From the NCBI GenBank assembly GCA_040225955.1, contig JBECUL010000008.1:1-56744 (forward strand): 56,744 bases of DNA, written 5' to 3'. The notes below the pieces were generated by a model, which saw only the letters and a program-made list of their open reading frames with translations, had not been told where the DNA came from and did no database searches. The stretch comes from Candidatus Asgardarchaeum abyssi. GTDB lineage: Archaea; Asgardarchaeota; Asgardarchaeia; Asgardarchaeales; Asgardarchaeaceae. Made by a program: the position numbers and the translations under genes. Position 1 is the first letter of the stretch. Each line of letters begins with the position of its first letter. Shown here piece by piece: positions 38,235-48,251 of the stretch.

Positions 38235-39639
38235 TAATAGCATCTCGTTTTTTATGAATAATAAGAATATTATTAATTTTGGAATTATAATCATTGCTGT
38301 TTTATTCTTATTTTCATTAAGATTTATTATTCTTAATATATTATTGTTGCAACAGAGTGATGTATTGATAGCAGCTTCATTTTTTGGAATATCTATATAT
38401 CCAAAAGTAATAAGAGATAAATTTTTAAAAAAAGATTCCCTATCATTAAAAGACCTTTTCTTAATAGTGTCATTATATGAACTTGAAAGCGTAGTACGAG
38501 ATAATATCCCTTCACTTAATAAGCTTTTTTATATCATTAAGTATGCTGGTAGTCCTTATAATAGTAAATTGTTATATTTATTTAAGCAAGGAATACTAAG
38601 CAATAAAATAAGTAAAATAAAAATAAAAGAAATAGACAATAAAGAGCCAATTTTTGAGTTTTTAAGAAATAGTAAAAGGCATAAATCATATGAAGTTATA
38701 CTACAAGAATATGAATCAAAATTTAAAAGAATAAACTTAGAATTGAGTTCTCTAATAACTATTACTATTAGTTCAAAATATTTTCTCATTTTAGTTATTA
38801 CACTAGCATTTTCGGTTCTAGGACTTTGGAGAAATATAGTAGTAATTATAATTTCTACTTCAATAGTATCATTACTTATTATCCGTACTGTTATATTTAT
38901 GCACAAAAATAAATATCAATGGGTGCATGTTCCTAACATGAAAGATATTGAAAGAGATTTGATGGAAACGAGTTATTTATACGAATTATCAAGAGTTGTA
39001 CTTAAAGAGATTAACAAGAATAAACCCCCGCTAAAATCTCTTTGGGTGGGATTTTTAAATACAAGATACACTTTACTTAGTCTTTTCAAAAAAACCTCTA
39101 ATAATACTGGTACCAAAGTTAATAACAAAATATTGCTCTCCTTACTGAGTGGAGCTTCTCTTTATACGATATCCAAATTAATCCAAGATACCTTTATTAT
39201 TCCTAAAAACAAAGAACTTGTAAAAATACTATTAAATCAAGCCAAATACAATTTTAAATTATTCCAAACCTCACTAAATTCGTTATATATGTTATTAGAT
39301 CGAAAGTTAATGTATTTAAAAGAGCAACTTGCAATATTAAAAGCGTATAGATTAAAGATGAAAGTCTTATCATATATATCTTCCATTGTAATAGGTTTAA
39401 TTATTGCTCTATCTCCATTCTTCATAATAATATCTAAGCCAATAAATCTTAAGATAGTTTATGTATTTCCATTTAATAATTTTCTACTAGCACTGATATT
39501 AATTGCCTATACAAATTTTAGTGTATATGTTCACTTTTTTGAAACAAAAAAAGCAATATTTAATATATTTACAGTTATCATTATTTTCATCTTAACAAGT
39601 ATTGTGACATCGTTATATATTCAATCAATCTTAATTTAG
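38191..39639 (+). CDS. Polytopic membrane protein, putative TadB/TadC-like platform
   Basis: Three hydrophobic clusters separated by two soluble domains; overlaps the ATPase stop. Confidence 0.6.
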   Translation: MKIMLLRKMFNKLFDNSISFFMNNKNIINFGIIIIAVLFLFSLRFIILNILLLQQSDVLIAASFFGISIYPKVIRDKFLKKDSLSLKDLFLIVSLYELESVVRDNIPSLNKLFYIIKYAGSPYNSKLLYLFKQGILSNKISKIKIKEIDNKEPIFEFLRNSKRHKSYEVILQEYESKFKRINLELSSLITITISSKYFLILVITLAFSVLGLWRNIVVIIISTSIVSLLIIRTVIFMHKNKYQWVHVPNMKDIERDLMETSYLYELSRVVLKEINKNKPPLKSLWVGFLNTRYTLLSLFKKTSNNTGTKVNNKILLSLLSGASLYTISKLIQDTFIIPKNKELVKILLNQAKYNFKLFQTSLNSLYMLLDRKLMYLKEQLAILKAYRLKMKVLSYISSIVIGLIIALSPFFIIISKPINLKIVYVFPFNNFLLALILIAYTNFSVYVHFFETKKAIFNIFTVIIIFILTSIVTSLYIQSILI

Positions 39640-39664
39640 CATTATCTCTTTTAACATAAATGCA

Positions 39665-39740
39665 TGGGGCGGGGGGGATTTGAACCCCCGACCACTCGCG
39701 CCCAAGGCGAGCATCCTAATCCAAGCTGGACGACCGCCCC
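39665..39740 (-). tRNA. tRNA-Pro(TGG)
   Basis: Cloverleaf; CTCGC-CTTGGGC-GCGAG anticodon arm. Confidence 0.95.
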
Positions 39741-39799
39741 TATATTCCTGTGTTCTTAATAATTATTTACTTGAATTATTTTTTAATTTTTTGCATATA

Positions 39800-39943
39800 T
39801 TGCTTTGTTGACCAAAACATTGTTATATTGAAGTTATGAAATCGGAATTTAGAGCAAGTTATTATGATATCGCATATAACACATTTATCAGCGATATTAT
39901 TATAACATTACGCAACCATTCATTGAATTGTTCAACAAAGCAG
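39800..39943. mobile_element. 144-bp MITE copy 2 (reverse orientation)
   Basis: Near-identical reverse complement of 32069-32212; TSD CATATA. Confidence 0.9.
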
Positions 39944-40026
39944 CATATATCAAAATTCACATATAATATCTGAAAGGAATTTTTAACGAATGACAACTTT
40001 TAATTTATGCGTTATGCCAATTTATT

Positions 40027-41013
40027 TCATTCCTTATGACTCAAATACTTTCCTAATTTCTCTAAATGGATATTCAAAAGTCCAATATCTTTTAATATTT
40101 GACATTTTCTGCAAATATTAGATGACGTATAGACTCCACAAAAAATGCATTTATTGAAGCTTTTCTCAACTTCGGTTCTGAAACAATTAGAGATTTCATC
40201 AAATTTATTAATCAACTTAAATTTTATCATAGGGTCCACTAATTGAAGTTCTAAGATAAATTTTCTAACAATATTCCTCATAGACTCTTGAGCATATGGG
40301 CAAGTAACGTCATGATATTTTAAATCCAATAGATGTGCATATAATACAATATTCTCCTCCGATAAATAACGTAGTGGCTTAACTCTTGGAACAAAATGAA
40401 TAGTTTTAGGGTATGCTGGAGATAACCGTCCTAAACGTCTAACATCCCCTCTAATAATATTTAGGAGGAATGTTTCCACTTCATCATCTAAATTGTGACC
40501 AGTAGCAATTTTATCTACACCGGTTTTCATCGCAAGATATTCTATAGCATATCTACGTAAAACGCCACAATATGTACAAGCACTAAATCTTTTTTGGAAC
40601 TTTTTTGCTGCGATACTTACTATTTCATCAAGAGTTGCACCGTATAATTCTTCAAAAGTAATAAGTTGATATTTTACTCCAAGCTTTTTTAGATTATATA
40701 ATGCAACCTCTAAGGCGCTATCTCTATATCCGTGTATTCCCTCATCTACAATAAGCGCAATTATATCACTGTGTGGAAAACGTTTTTCAATTTTATTTAA
40801 AATGTGTAAAAGCACAGTACTATCTTTTCCACCTGAATATGCTATACCAATTAAATCATTATAATTAAACATGTTATGTTTTCTTATTGCTTTTACAACC
40901 CGCTTTTCCACATATGCAATAAAGTGCTCCTTACAGAGAGGGTACCCTAACTCTCTTGGTACAACGATAGCTTGGGAATTACAAATTTTACATTTCAAAA
41001 AACTCACCATCAA
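40027..41013 (-). CDS. tRNA 2-thiolation protein (NcsA/TtuA/Ctu1 family)
   Basis: SGGKDS, CTYCGVLRR, TGHNLDD, terminal zinc fingers. Confidence 0.92.
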   Translation of the reverse strand: MMVSFLKCKICNSQAIVVPRELGYPLCKEHFIAYVEKRVVKAIRKHNMFNYNDLIGIAYSGGKDSTVLLHILNKIEKRFPHSDIIALIVDEGIHGYRDSALEVALYNLKKLGVKYQLITFEELYGATLDEIVSIAAKKFQKRFSACTYCGVLRRYAIEYLAMKTGVDKIATGHNLDDEVETFLLNIIRGDVRRLGRLSPAYPKTIHFVPRVKPLRYLSEENIVLYAHLLDLKYHDVTCPYAQESMRNIVRKFILELQLVDPMIKFKLINKFDEISNCFRTEVEKSFNKCIFCGVYTSSNICRKCQILKDIGLLNIHLEKLGKYLSHKE

Positions 41014-42167
41014 AGAGGAATCATCTTTCCAAGTATAAATGTGAATAAAATATTTAATATAAGTAGAATTAAAAATAGGAATCTTAAAACATTATGGATC
41101 ACCGAGATTTTCTCATCCTTTATTTTTTTAGAACTTTCAAGTAAACTTCTTATGAATTTATCACCGTCAAGTGGCGTAACTGGGAGCATATTAAAAATTG
41201 CAACATTTATTCCTAGTATCCACATCCAATTAATTATAACATATAGAACATATGGTAAAACATAACCTAAAAATATAAACGGGCTCCTAGGTTTATAAAG
41301 CATAAAAGGAGTAACTCCTATAAAACCCTTTGAACTATTTTGGGGATGCTCTCCAGCAATGATGCCTATGACTCCTCTAGTTGTATTTATTACTAAATAA
41401 TCTCCAGGTTTAACATTGTTCATATAATTATAAAAATCCGTTAAATTATGAAAAGTAGTTCCATTTATATCATAAATTATATCCCATTGTTTCAAGTTTC
41501 CATATGCTGGCGAATTAGGAACAATTGATGTTACAAGTATTCCATTAGATTTAATGTAAAAAGGAGAAATTATAAAAGAATAATTAAGTAGTATTAAAAG
41601 AGCTAACACAGCAAGAATCATATTTGTAAAGGATCCTGCACCAAAAATACTTAGCTTTCTTTTGGCTTTCATTTCTCTCATTCCCGATTCATCAATTTCG
41701 ACAAATGCTCCTGGAATAAATAAAAATAAAATAATCCCTGCAGATTTTATTTTAAGATTATTAATACGAGCCATAACACCATGTGAAAGCTCATGCGTTA
41801 TAACTATAATTATTATCGGTATAATCATATAAATAAGAGTATCAAAAGTTAATGTTATCCCTGGTATTAATGGTTGTATAGGTGCTGCTGAGCCGGGGTT
41901 AAAGAAAAATAAAATTAGATTATAAACTAAGAAATATGTGCCGAACAGCATTAATATAACTCCGCTGATGATTATCAGCGGAGTTATGTACTCCCAAATA
42001 ATTCTAAATTTTATTGCTAAATTGCTTATGAGTTTGTTAATTTTATGGCTTCTAATAAGTAATACAAAAAGATCAATTTCAACATTTTTAATTTTTCTAA
42101 GTTTATTTCTTAATAAGTATAAAAAACCCCAAAATGCTAAGAATGCTAAAAGAATATCCAAATCCAT
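41010..42167 (-). CDS. Site-2 protease (M50) with PDZ domain
   Basis: HELSHG, GAFVE, AGSFTN, FNMLPVTPLDGD. Confidence 0.95.
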   Translation of the reverse strand: MDLDILLAFLAFWGFLYLLRNKLRKIKNVEIDLFVLLIRSHKINKLISNLAIKFRIIWEYITPLIIISGVILMLFGTYFLVYNLILFFFNPGSAAPIQPLIPGITLTFDTLIYMIIPIIIIVITHELSHGVMARINNLKIKSAGIILFLFIPGAFVEIDESGMREMKAKRKLSIFGAGSFTNMILAVLALLILLNYSFIISPFYIKSNGILVTSIVPNSPAYGNLKQWDIIYDINGTTFHNLTDFYNYMNNVKPGDYLVINTTRGVIGIIAGEHPQNSSKGFIGVTPFMLYKPRSPFIFLGYVLPYVLYVIINWMWILGINVAIFNMLPVTPLDGDKFIRSLLESSKKIKDEKISVIHNVLRFLFLILLILNILFTFILGKMIPL

Positions 42168-42421
42168 TAGGATGACCTCTTATTTTACCGTTACATATTC
42201 TTCTTCCATGTTACTTTTAAAAATATTTCCGTGAATAATAAGAAAGTTCAATGTATGTAAGCGTTTATGAGCTTACGTATATCGAACTCTACTAATAATT
42301 AGACAAAGATGTTGTATTTTTGTTGCGATAAAATTGATTTTATACTGTAATTAAGTTTAATAATGGTAATGTGTGTAATGTAATTACTAAAAGAAATTAA
42401 GGCAAAGTAATAGGTGTATAA

Positions 42422-43129
42422 TTGTTGAGAGAAAAGATAAAGAGAGTGGGCTATCAAAAAGAGGTTATATATACAGAAGATCACTGGAAGTTGTTAAAAG
42501 AAAAAAGAACAATCGCATTAAAATATATGGAGAAAATATCCTATTTATCTCCTATAGTTCATGGTAGCATAGCAAGAGGAGATATACATAAAAATAGCGA
42601 TATAGATATTGTTTTATTAAGGCCGGTCCCTTCATATAAAATTCTCTCGGCGCTAAATATAGATTCAAATTATGAGATTTGGATAATTCAAGCTACACCC
42701 AAACACACTCCTAAGGTAAAAATAGTAATACCTGATAATATATTTCTAACTTATCCTTTATTAGAATTTATGGAGTTAGAGCACCAATTTTATAAATTTG
42801 GTGGACTTTTAACGCTAGATGAATTAAAAAAAGATAAGCGAGTTGCTGGAGTTAATAAAAAATTATTGCTAATAAAACCTACAAAGTATGGCCACGTTGA
42901 GATATCTGCAATAGAAAACCCATCACTAGTAGCATCGATAGTTGGCGTGAATCTTGGAATAGTAGAAGAAAGGATAAGAGTGCTTCGGAGAAGAGACGAA
43001 ATAGGTCGTACTGGTATATTTTTAAAAGTGCCTGTGCCTCCTGATAAGTCACCTGAACAAGTATTTGATACTTTACTAGCAAGAAAACCAACTCTTCGTA
43101 GACTTTTAAGAAAAAGGGGTGAATTATAG
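42422..43129 (+). CDS. Nucleotidyltransferase domain protein
   Basis: HGSIARGD...SDID, QATP, RVAGVNKKL, RRDEIGRTG. Confidence 0.88.
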   Translation: MLREKIKRVGYQKEVIYTEDHWKLLKEKRTIALKYMEKISYLSPIVHGSIARGDIHKNSDIDIVLLRPVPSYKILSALNIDSNYEIWIIQATPKHTPKVKIVIPDNIFLTYPLLEFMELEHQFYKFGGLLTLDELKKDKRVAGVNKKLLLIKPTKYGHVEISAIENPSLVASIVGVNLGIVEERIRVLRRRDEIGRTGIFLKVPVPPDKSPEQVFDTLLARKPTLRRLLRKRGEL

Positions 43130-43132
43130 TTA

Positions 43133-44287
43133 ATGGAATTTTATAATAATAAAATATCTACTGGAGAATGGGGAATTGTAAAAGGCGATCTACCTAAGGG
43201 ATGTGAATATTGTATTAAAGGATTAAAAAGTGTAATTTTTGTAACAGGAAAATGCACTTGGCCGTGGTGGTGCAGAAACTTCTGTCCCGTGTCGTTAGAT
43301 AGAAAAAATTATGATGTAATATTTGTAAATGAATTAAAGATAGATCCAAAATTAGAGCTTGAAAAAGACATACTTTCAAAAATCATTAATGAAATAGAAA
43401 TTTCTAAATCGGAAGGAGCTAGTATTACTGGAGGGGAACCACTTTTAGTTTTTAAGAGAACGTTGAAAATAATATATGCTCTAAAAGATAGATTTGGAAA
43501 AGATTTTCATATTCATCTATATACAAATGGGGAGTTGCTCAACAAGGACAAAATTCAAAAATTATTTGAGGTTGGCCTTGATGAAATAAGACTACATACA
43601 TTTAGAGAGAGTAAAATAAAACTATTAAAATATGCAAAAGAATTAGGAATATCTATAGGACTTGAATATCCAGCGTATCCATCCTATAGGAAATATATAG
43701 TTAATGCAATAAAACTAGCAGACAAATTAGGAATGGATTTTGTCAATATAAATGAATTTGAAGTTACTGATAGTACACTTACTTGGGCAGTAAGAAATGG
43801 ACTAATAGTATCTAATACAGGAGTCACTGTAAAAGGAAGTGAACATTTTGCTAAATTTATTTTAGGCTGGAGTATTCGAAATACAAAAAATATCTCCGTT
43901 CACTATTGTCCATTCTGGGTAAAGGATACAATTCAATATAAAAACAGATTAAAAATCCGAGCAAAAAGTATTAAAAAAAGTTACGAACGTATAACGCATG
44001 ATGGTTTACTATTAAAGGGGTGTTTAATTCCTAAGGATAATAATGTAATTAATAGTGAAATTATAAGTGAAATAAAGAAATTATTTAGTAAATACAATTA
44101 CAAGTTGTATTATAATTGCAACAAAAAAAGGTACGAATTTTCAGTGAAAGTGTTTAAAGATAAAGAGTTTATTTCCTCTTTAATTAAGAAATTAAAGAGG
44201 AAATATCAAATGGTTATCATAGAGGAAATGCCTACTCATGATAGAACAGATGTAAATATAACACCGTTATCATTTAATGAACTATAG
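43133..44287 (+). CDS. Radical SAM protein with atypical Cys spacing
   Basis: LPKGCEYC, CTWPWWCRNFC, TGGEP, HIHLYT, GLDEIR. Confidence 0.88.
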   Translation: MEFYNNKISTGEWGIVKGDLPKGCEYCIKGLKSVIFVTGKCTWPWWCRNFCPVSLDRKNYDVIFVNELKIDPKLELEKDILSKIINEIEISKSEGASITGGEPLLVFKRTLKIIYALKDRFGKDFHIHLYTNGELLNKDKIQKLFEVGLDEIRLHTFRESKIKLLKYAKELGISIGLEYPAYPSYRKYIVNAIKLADKLGMDFVNINEFEVTDSTLTWAVRNGLIVSNTGVTVKGSEHFAKFILGWSIRNTKNISVHYCPFWVKDTIQYKNRLKIRAKSIKKSYERITHDGLLLKGCLIPKDNNVINSEIISEIKKLFSKYNYKLYYNCNKKRYEFSVKVFKDKEFISSLIKKLKRKYQMVIIEEMPTHDRTDVNITPLSFNEL

Positions 44288-44320
44288 AGATGTTCATGTT
44301 ATTTTCCAAATGGTGGTTCT

Positions 44321-45655
44321 ATGAACGATTATATAGAGCTAAAATTACCCAAATTTATAGATTTTATGAGAGTTGAGGATGATGATGCACTAATTAAACT
44401 TCATAGTCGTTTTTTAACTCATTTGTCCATTACGAGATTTCTAAGTTGTATTATTAATCTATTACAATTGGACCTTAATTGCTTTGATATTACAAAAATA
44501 ACGAAAAATAAGATAACCATAAAAACAAGTGAGTCTCCTCCGAAAAATATAGCAGATATAAAAAAGGAGTTGATGAATAACTTAGTTATGAGATGTTTAA
44601 AAATAAGTTTAATTTCCCCCATGGTAAATATTACCACAAAACGGCCAACTTATTATATTTCAAAACAAAGTGGTATTCCACTAATAGGCACTCACTACTT
44701 TGGAGTAATAGATAGAGGCACTAATCTAATTCAAATTAGACCTATTACTGGTTGCCCCTTGAATTGCATTTATTGTTCAGTTGATGAGGGACCTTTTTCT
44801 AAGACAAAAATTGTTGATTATTATGTAGAAAAAGATTATTTACTTGAGCAGATTGATCAAATAGTAGAATTTAAAGGACGTTATAAAATAGAGGCTCATA
44901 TTGATGGCCAGGGTGAGCCTTTTCTTTATCCAGAAATAATCGATTTAATAAAAGGGATAAAAGAAATTAAAGGAGTTGAAATAATCTCAATACAGACTAA
45001 TGCGGTTTTACTATCCTATAAAACCATCGAAAAACTAGCAAACGCTGGATTAGATAGATTAAATATATCATTAAATTCACTGAACTCTAATAAAGCTGCA
45101 TACATTGCTGGATTACTTAAATTTAATGTAAAAAAGATTTTAAACGTCATAAAATATGCTAATGATTTAGGTATTCATGTTTTACTAGCACCTGTCTGGT
45201 TAAATGGCATTAATGATGATGACATAAAAGAAATAATAAGCTATGCTAAAAGAAATCTTAAGTATGTTAAAAGATGGCCTTTACTTGGGATACAAAATTA
45301 TGAGTTTTATAGAACTGGTCGTAATCCAAAGAACGTTCACATGATACCGTTTAAAAGTTTCTATGAAAAGTTAGCATTATTAGAAAAAGAAACTGGTATG
45401 AATGGCTTAAAACTGTCTTTAAATGATTTTTCTATGCACAAACGAAAAATGTTACCATATGTTTTCAAAAAGGGTGAGATAGTGAAAGTAAAAATTGTTT
45501 TACCTGGTAGACATAAAAAGGAATTTATTGGAGTTAGCAAAAATCGATCGATTGAAGTTTATAATATCAAAAATAAATCAGTAAAAATTGGTGATTACGT
45601 TCGAGTAAGAATTGTAAGAAATAAACATAATATATACTCAGCTACTATTATCTGA
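44321..45655 (+). CDS. Radical SAM plus TRAM-like domain protein
   Basis: GVIDRGTN, CPLNCIYCSVD, DGQGEP, RNKHNIY. Confidence 0.9.
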   Translation: MNDYIELKLPKFIDFMRVEDDDALIKLHSRFLTHLSITRFLSCIINLLQLDLNCFDITKITKNKITIKTSESPPKNIADIKKELMNNLVMRCLKISLISPMVNITTKRPTYYISKQSGIPLIGTHYFGVIDRGTNLIQIRPITGCPLNCIYCSVDEGPFSKTKIVDYYVEKDYLLEQIDQIVEFKGRYKIEAHIDGQGEPFLYPEIIDLIKGIKEIKGVEIISIQTNAVLLSYKTIEKLANAGLDRLNISLNSLNSNKAAYIAGLLKFNVKKILNVIKYANDLGIHVLLAPVWLNGINDDDIKEIISYAKRNLKYVKRWPLLGIQNYEFYRTGRNPKNVHMIPFKSFYEKLALLEKETGMNGLKLSLNDFSMHKRKMLPYVFKKGEIVKVKIVLPGRHKKEFIGVSKNRSIEVYNIKNKSVKIGDYVRVRIVRNKHNIYSATII

Positions 45656-45707
45656 ATAATCATTATTTCTTAGCTTTAATAATACTTAGATAAACTATGA
45701 TAAGCTA

Positions 45708-47000
45708 TCAATATGAAATCTTAGCAGAATGTGGGAGTTCTCCCAACACTCCCTCTGCTGCTTTAGTTACTTTATCCCTATATTCTTTTTTAGTGTATAC
45801 TCTTATAATGTTCATAAAACCTTTAAGTAGTTTTATCATTTCTGAGACTTCGTCAACTGAAAACTTTATGACTCTTCCATCTACTTCTTTAAAAACTGGT
45901 ATATCCATAGGTTTTAGAGTTATTGAATGTTGATAAGGAACACTAGGTACAGATGGAACATCTATAACAACACTATCCTCTGGAACTTTTGCCTCCTCTG
46001 AAATTTCTTGGGTTATTCTTTCTCTGATCTGCGGTGTTGTAAAGAGTTTTGATAAATAACCACTAGGTTGGTACATAACGACTTCATAAGCTACTTTTAT
46101 CTTTTTTTTTCTTTGAAGGTCTTGTATTATTGGTCTGCTTTTTTTTTTTTTTTTAAGTTCCGTCCATAATACGTAGTCATCCCACTTCAGATAATCATAA
46201 GGATCTTTAAAATCAGTAAGCCCTAAGTCATCAGCAGCTAAGTCTATAGCTCTTGACAACATAATTTGCGCCGAACGTGAAACCTTATGAAAATAAATAT
46301 TTCTGAATGATTGTACTCTTGATATAAGAAAAACTTCGAGAGCTGAAAGAGCAGTTATATTAATCAAAATATTATTATCATATATTTTCAATGTGTATAT
46401 GATCCTAAATATATCTACATCGCCGTACCCTGCACCTGTATGATAATTATCTCTAACAATAAAATCCATTTTATCGGCATCAACAGAACTGCGAATTATT
46501 TGATCCATGTATAACTCTTCTTTTTTCTCATACTTTCCCACAGCACGCCTTGCCATCTCTTCAGGAGAGAAACCATAATCGTTTAGAATATCAGCAATCT
46601 CTGTCTTCTTGATTATCCATTGGGTCATGTCCTCGTGAGTTTTATTTAGTCTATTTATTAATATGTGCTCAAAAATATGACTAAAAGCACCGTGTCCGAC
46701 ATCATGAAGAAGTCCGGAGATTCTTGCTATCTGTCTTTTCTCATCATCAAGTTCAAGAGATTCTGCCATTAGACCAGCTAAGAACATAACTCCTAAAGAG
46801 TGTTCAAAACGTGTATGATTAGCGCCTGGATATACGTACTCAGAACCAGCTAATTGCCTTAATCTCCGTAAACGTTGAACTGGAAAAGTGTCTATTAATT
46901 CCTTTTCAAAGCTATTAATTGTTATGTATCCAAAAACGGGACATTTTGTAAAACTCCATGCTTTTATCTCTTTTTTGTAGGTTTTTTTTCCCTCAGTCAC
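45708..47000 (-). CDS. HD-domain phosphohydrolase (SAMHD1/dGTPase-like)
   Basis: QRLRRLRQL, HTRFEHSLG, LLHDVGHG.FSH, DADKMD. Confidence 0.93.
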   Translation of the reverse strand: MTEGKKTYKKEIKAWSFTKCPVFGYITINSFEKELIDTFPVQRLRRLRQLAGSEYVYPGANHTRFEHSLGVMFLAGLMAESLELDDEKRQIARISGLLHDVGHGAFSHIFEHILINRLNKTHEDMTQWIIKKTEIADILNDYGFSPEEMARRAVGKYEKKEELYMDQIIRSSVDADKMDFIVRDNYHTGAGYGDVDIFRIIYTLKIYDNNILINITALSALEVFLISRVQSFRNIYFHKVSRSAQIMLSRAIDLAADDLGLTDFKDPYDYLKWDDYVLWTELKKKKKSRPIIQDLQRKKKIKVAYEVVMYQPSGYLSKLFTTPQIRERITQEISEEAKVPEDSVVIDVPSVPSVPYQHSITLKPMDIPVFKEVDGRVIKFSVDEVSEMIKLLKGFMNIIRVYTKKEYRDKVTKAAEGVLGELPHSAKISY

Positions 47001-47155
47001 TTTTTTCCCTCATGGCTTATTTTTAATATTTTGCAATCTACTTAACTGTTTTTTTAATATATAAATTTAGATAGCACAAAGTAGAATCTACTGGGGCATA
47101 TGATTTTCCCAAAAAATTTAAAAAAGAAATCTATATTATTTGTTTTAGGAATTAT

Positions 47156-47230
47156 GGGCCCGTAGCTCAGCCTGGTTAGAGCGCACGGCTGATAACCGTG
47201 AGGTCGGGGGTCCGAATCCCCCCGGGCCCA
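47156..47230 (+). tRNA. tRNA-Ile(GAT)
   Basis: CACGG-CTGATAA-CCGTG; T-loop reads TCCGAAT. Confidence 0.93.
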
Positions 47231-47254
47231 TATATTGATACTATATTTCTACCC

Positions 47255-47375
47255 GCGGGGGTAGCCAAGCCTGGCCAAGGGTCAGAGTCACTGTGCCAAA
47301 GGCGCGGGACTTAAGATCTCGGGATAAGATATCCCGTCCCGCAGGGGTTCCCGGGTTCAAATCCCGGCCCCCGCA
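47255..47375 (+). tRNA. tRNA-Leu(TAA) with two introns (D-loop ~47279-47299; 37/38 47316-47330)
   Basis: Aligns to the tRNA-Leu(CAA) gene with an extra 21 nt in the D-loop; 121-21-15 = 85 nt. Confidence 0.88.
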
Positions 47376-47376
47376 T

Positions 47377-47772
47377 TTATTTATTTTTAGTGGAATTATG
47401 TTGATATATAGACTTTAATTTTGCTAAAATATCTATAAGCTTATGAATTGTATTTACTTTAGATTCGAGATCTTGGGGTTTTATTTCCGTGAGTAAATTT
47501 GATATTATATTAAGAATCCTATTTTCAATATTTAATAAAATATTAGGTATCTCATTGGAAGAAGGTAATGTTTTTTCTGGAGTAGACGTTTTAGGTTCTT
47601 TTTCTTTAGTCTCAAAATAACATTTCGGGCAAACAATTTTTTCGTTTATTTTAAATAGGGGGCTTCCACACTTCTCACAAGCTTCACTAAGCATTATACC
47701 TCCATGTTGGAGAAGGTATGCCATTCTTTTGATAACGGTTTCTTCCTCGCTATTTTTCATTAAATTCACCAA
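47377..47772 (-). CDS. Autoantigen p27 / UPF0148 zinc-ribbon protein
   Basis: MAYLLQHGGIMLSEACEKCGSPLF..CPKC. Confidence 0.88.
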   Translation of the reverse strand: MVNLMKNSEEETVIKRMAYLLQHGGIMLSEACEKCGSPLFKINEKIVCPKCYFETKEKEPKTSTPEKTLPSSNEIPNILLNIENRILNIISNLLTEIKPQDLESKVNTIHKLIDILAKLKSIYQHNSTKNK

Positions 47773-47841
47773 ATTATCAATATCATCAAATCAAATATAA
47801 TATTTCACGAAAATAAGTAAGAAGGTACAAGAAATTATTTA

Positions 47842-48108
47842 TTATCTATTAAGTGGTTCTAAAATGGATATTATTTGCCAAATTCTTGTTCTAGCATGTA
47901 TTGGGCAATTAGGATCGCTTGCTGCCTCATCAAGTAGACTAATAGCATTTGATGCTCTTAAGGCATATGATTTTTCCTTGTCACTGAGAATTTCTATGGC
48001 ATTATTTGCAATCCTTCTAATATTTCTAGGGACAGAAGTATCCTCTGCAACCATTCTCAGTAAATTATTTGCCATTTCAATTTTTTCTTCTGGATTATCA
48101 CTTGACAT
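47842..48108 (-). CDS. UPF0147 family protein
   Basis: DTSVPRNIRR, DPNCPIHARTRIW. Confidence 0.92.
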   Translation of the reverse strand: MSSDNPEEKIEMANNLLRMVAEDTSVPRNIRRIANNAIEILSDKEKSYALRASNAISLLDEAASDPNCPIHARTRIWQIISILEPLNR

Positions 48109-48251
48109 TTATATATACCCCCTTATAACTGATAAGATATTTCACACAATTCATATAAACTAAGTTAATATCTCTATGTTTTTTAGTACATTTTAATTTT
48201 TAATGTTTATGTTTTTAAGCAAATTTCGTATTAGAGGTAGAGGTAAATTCT

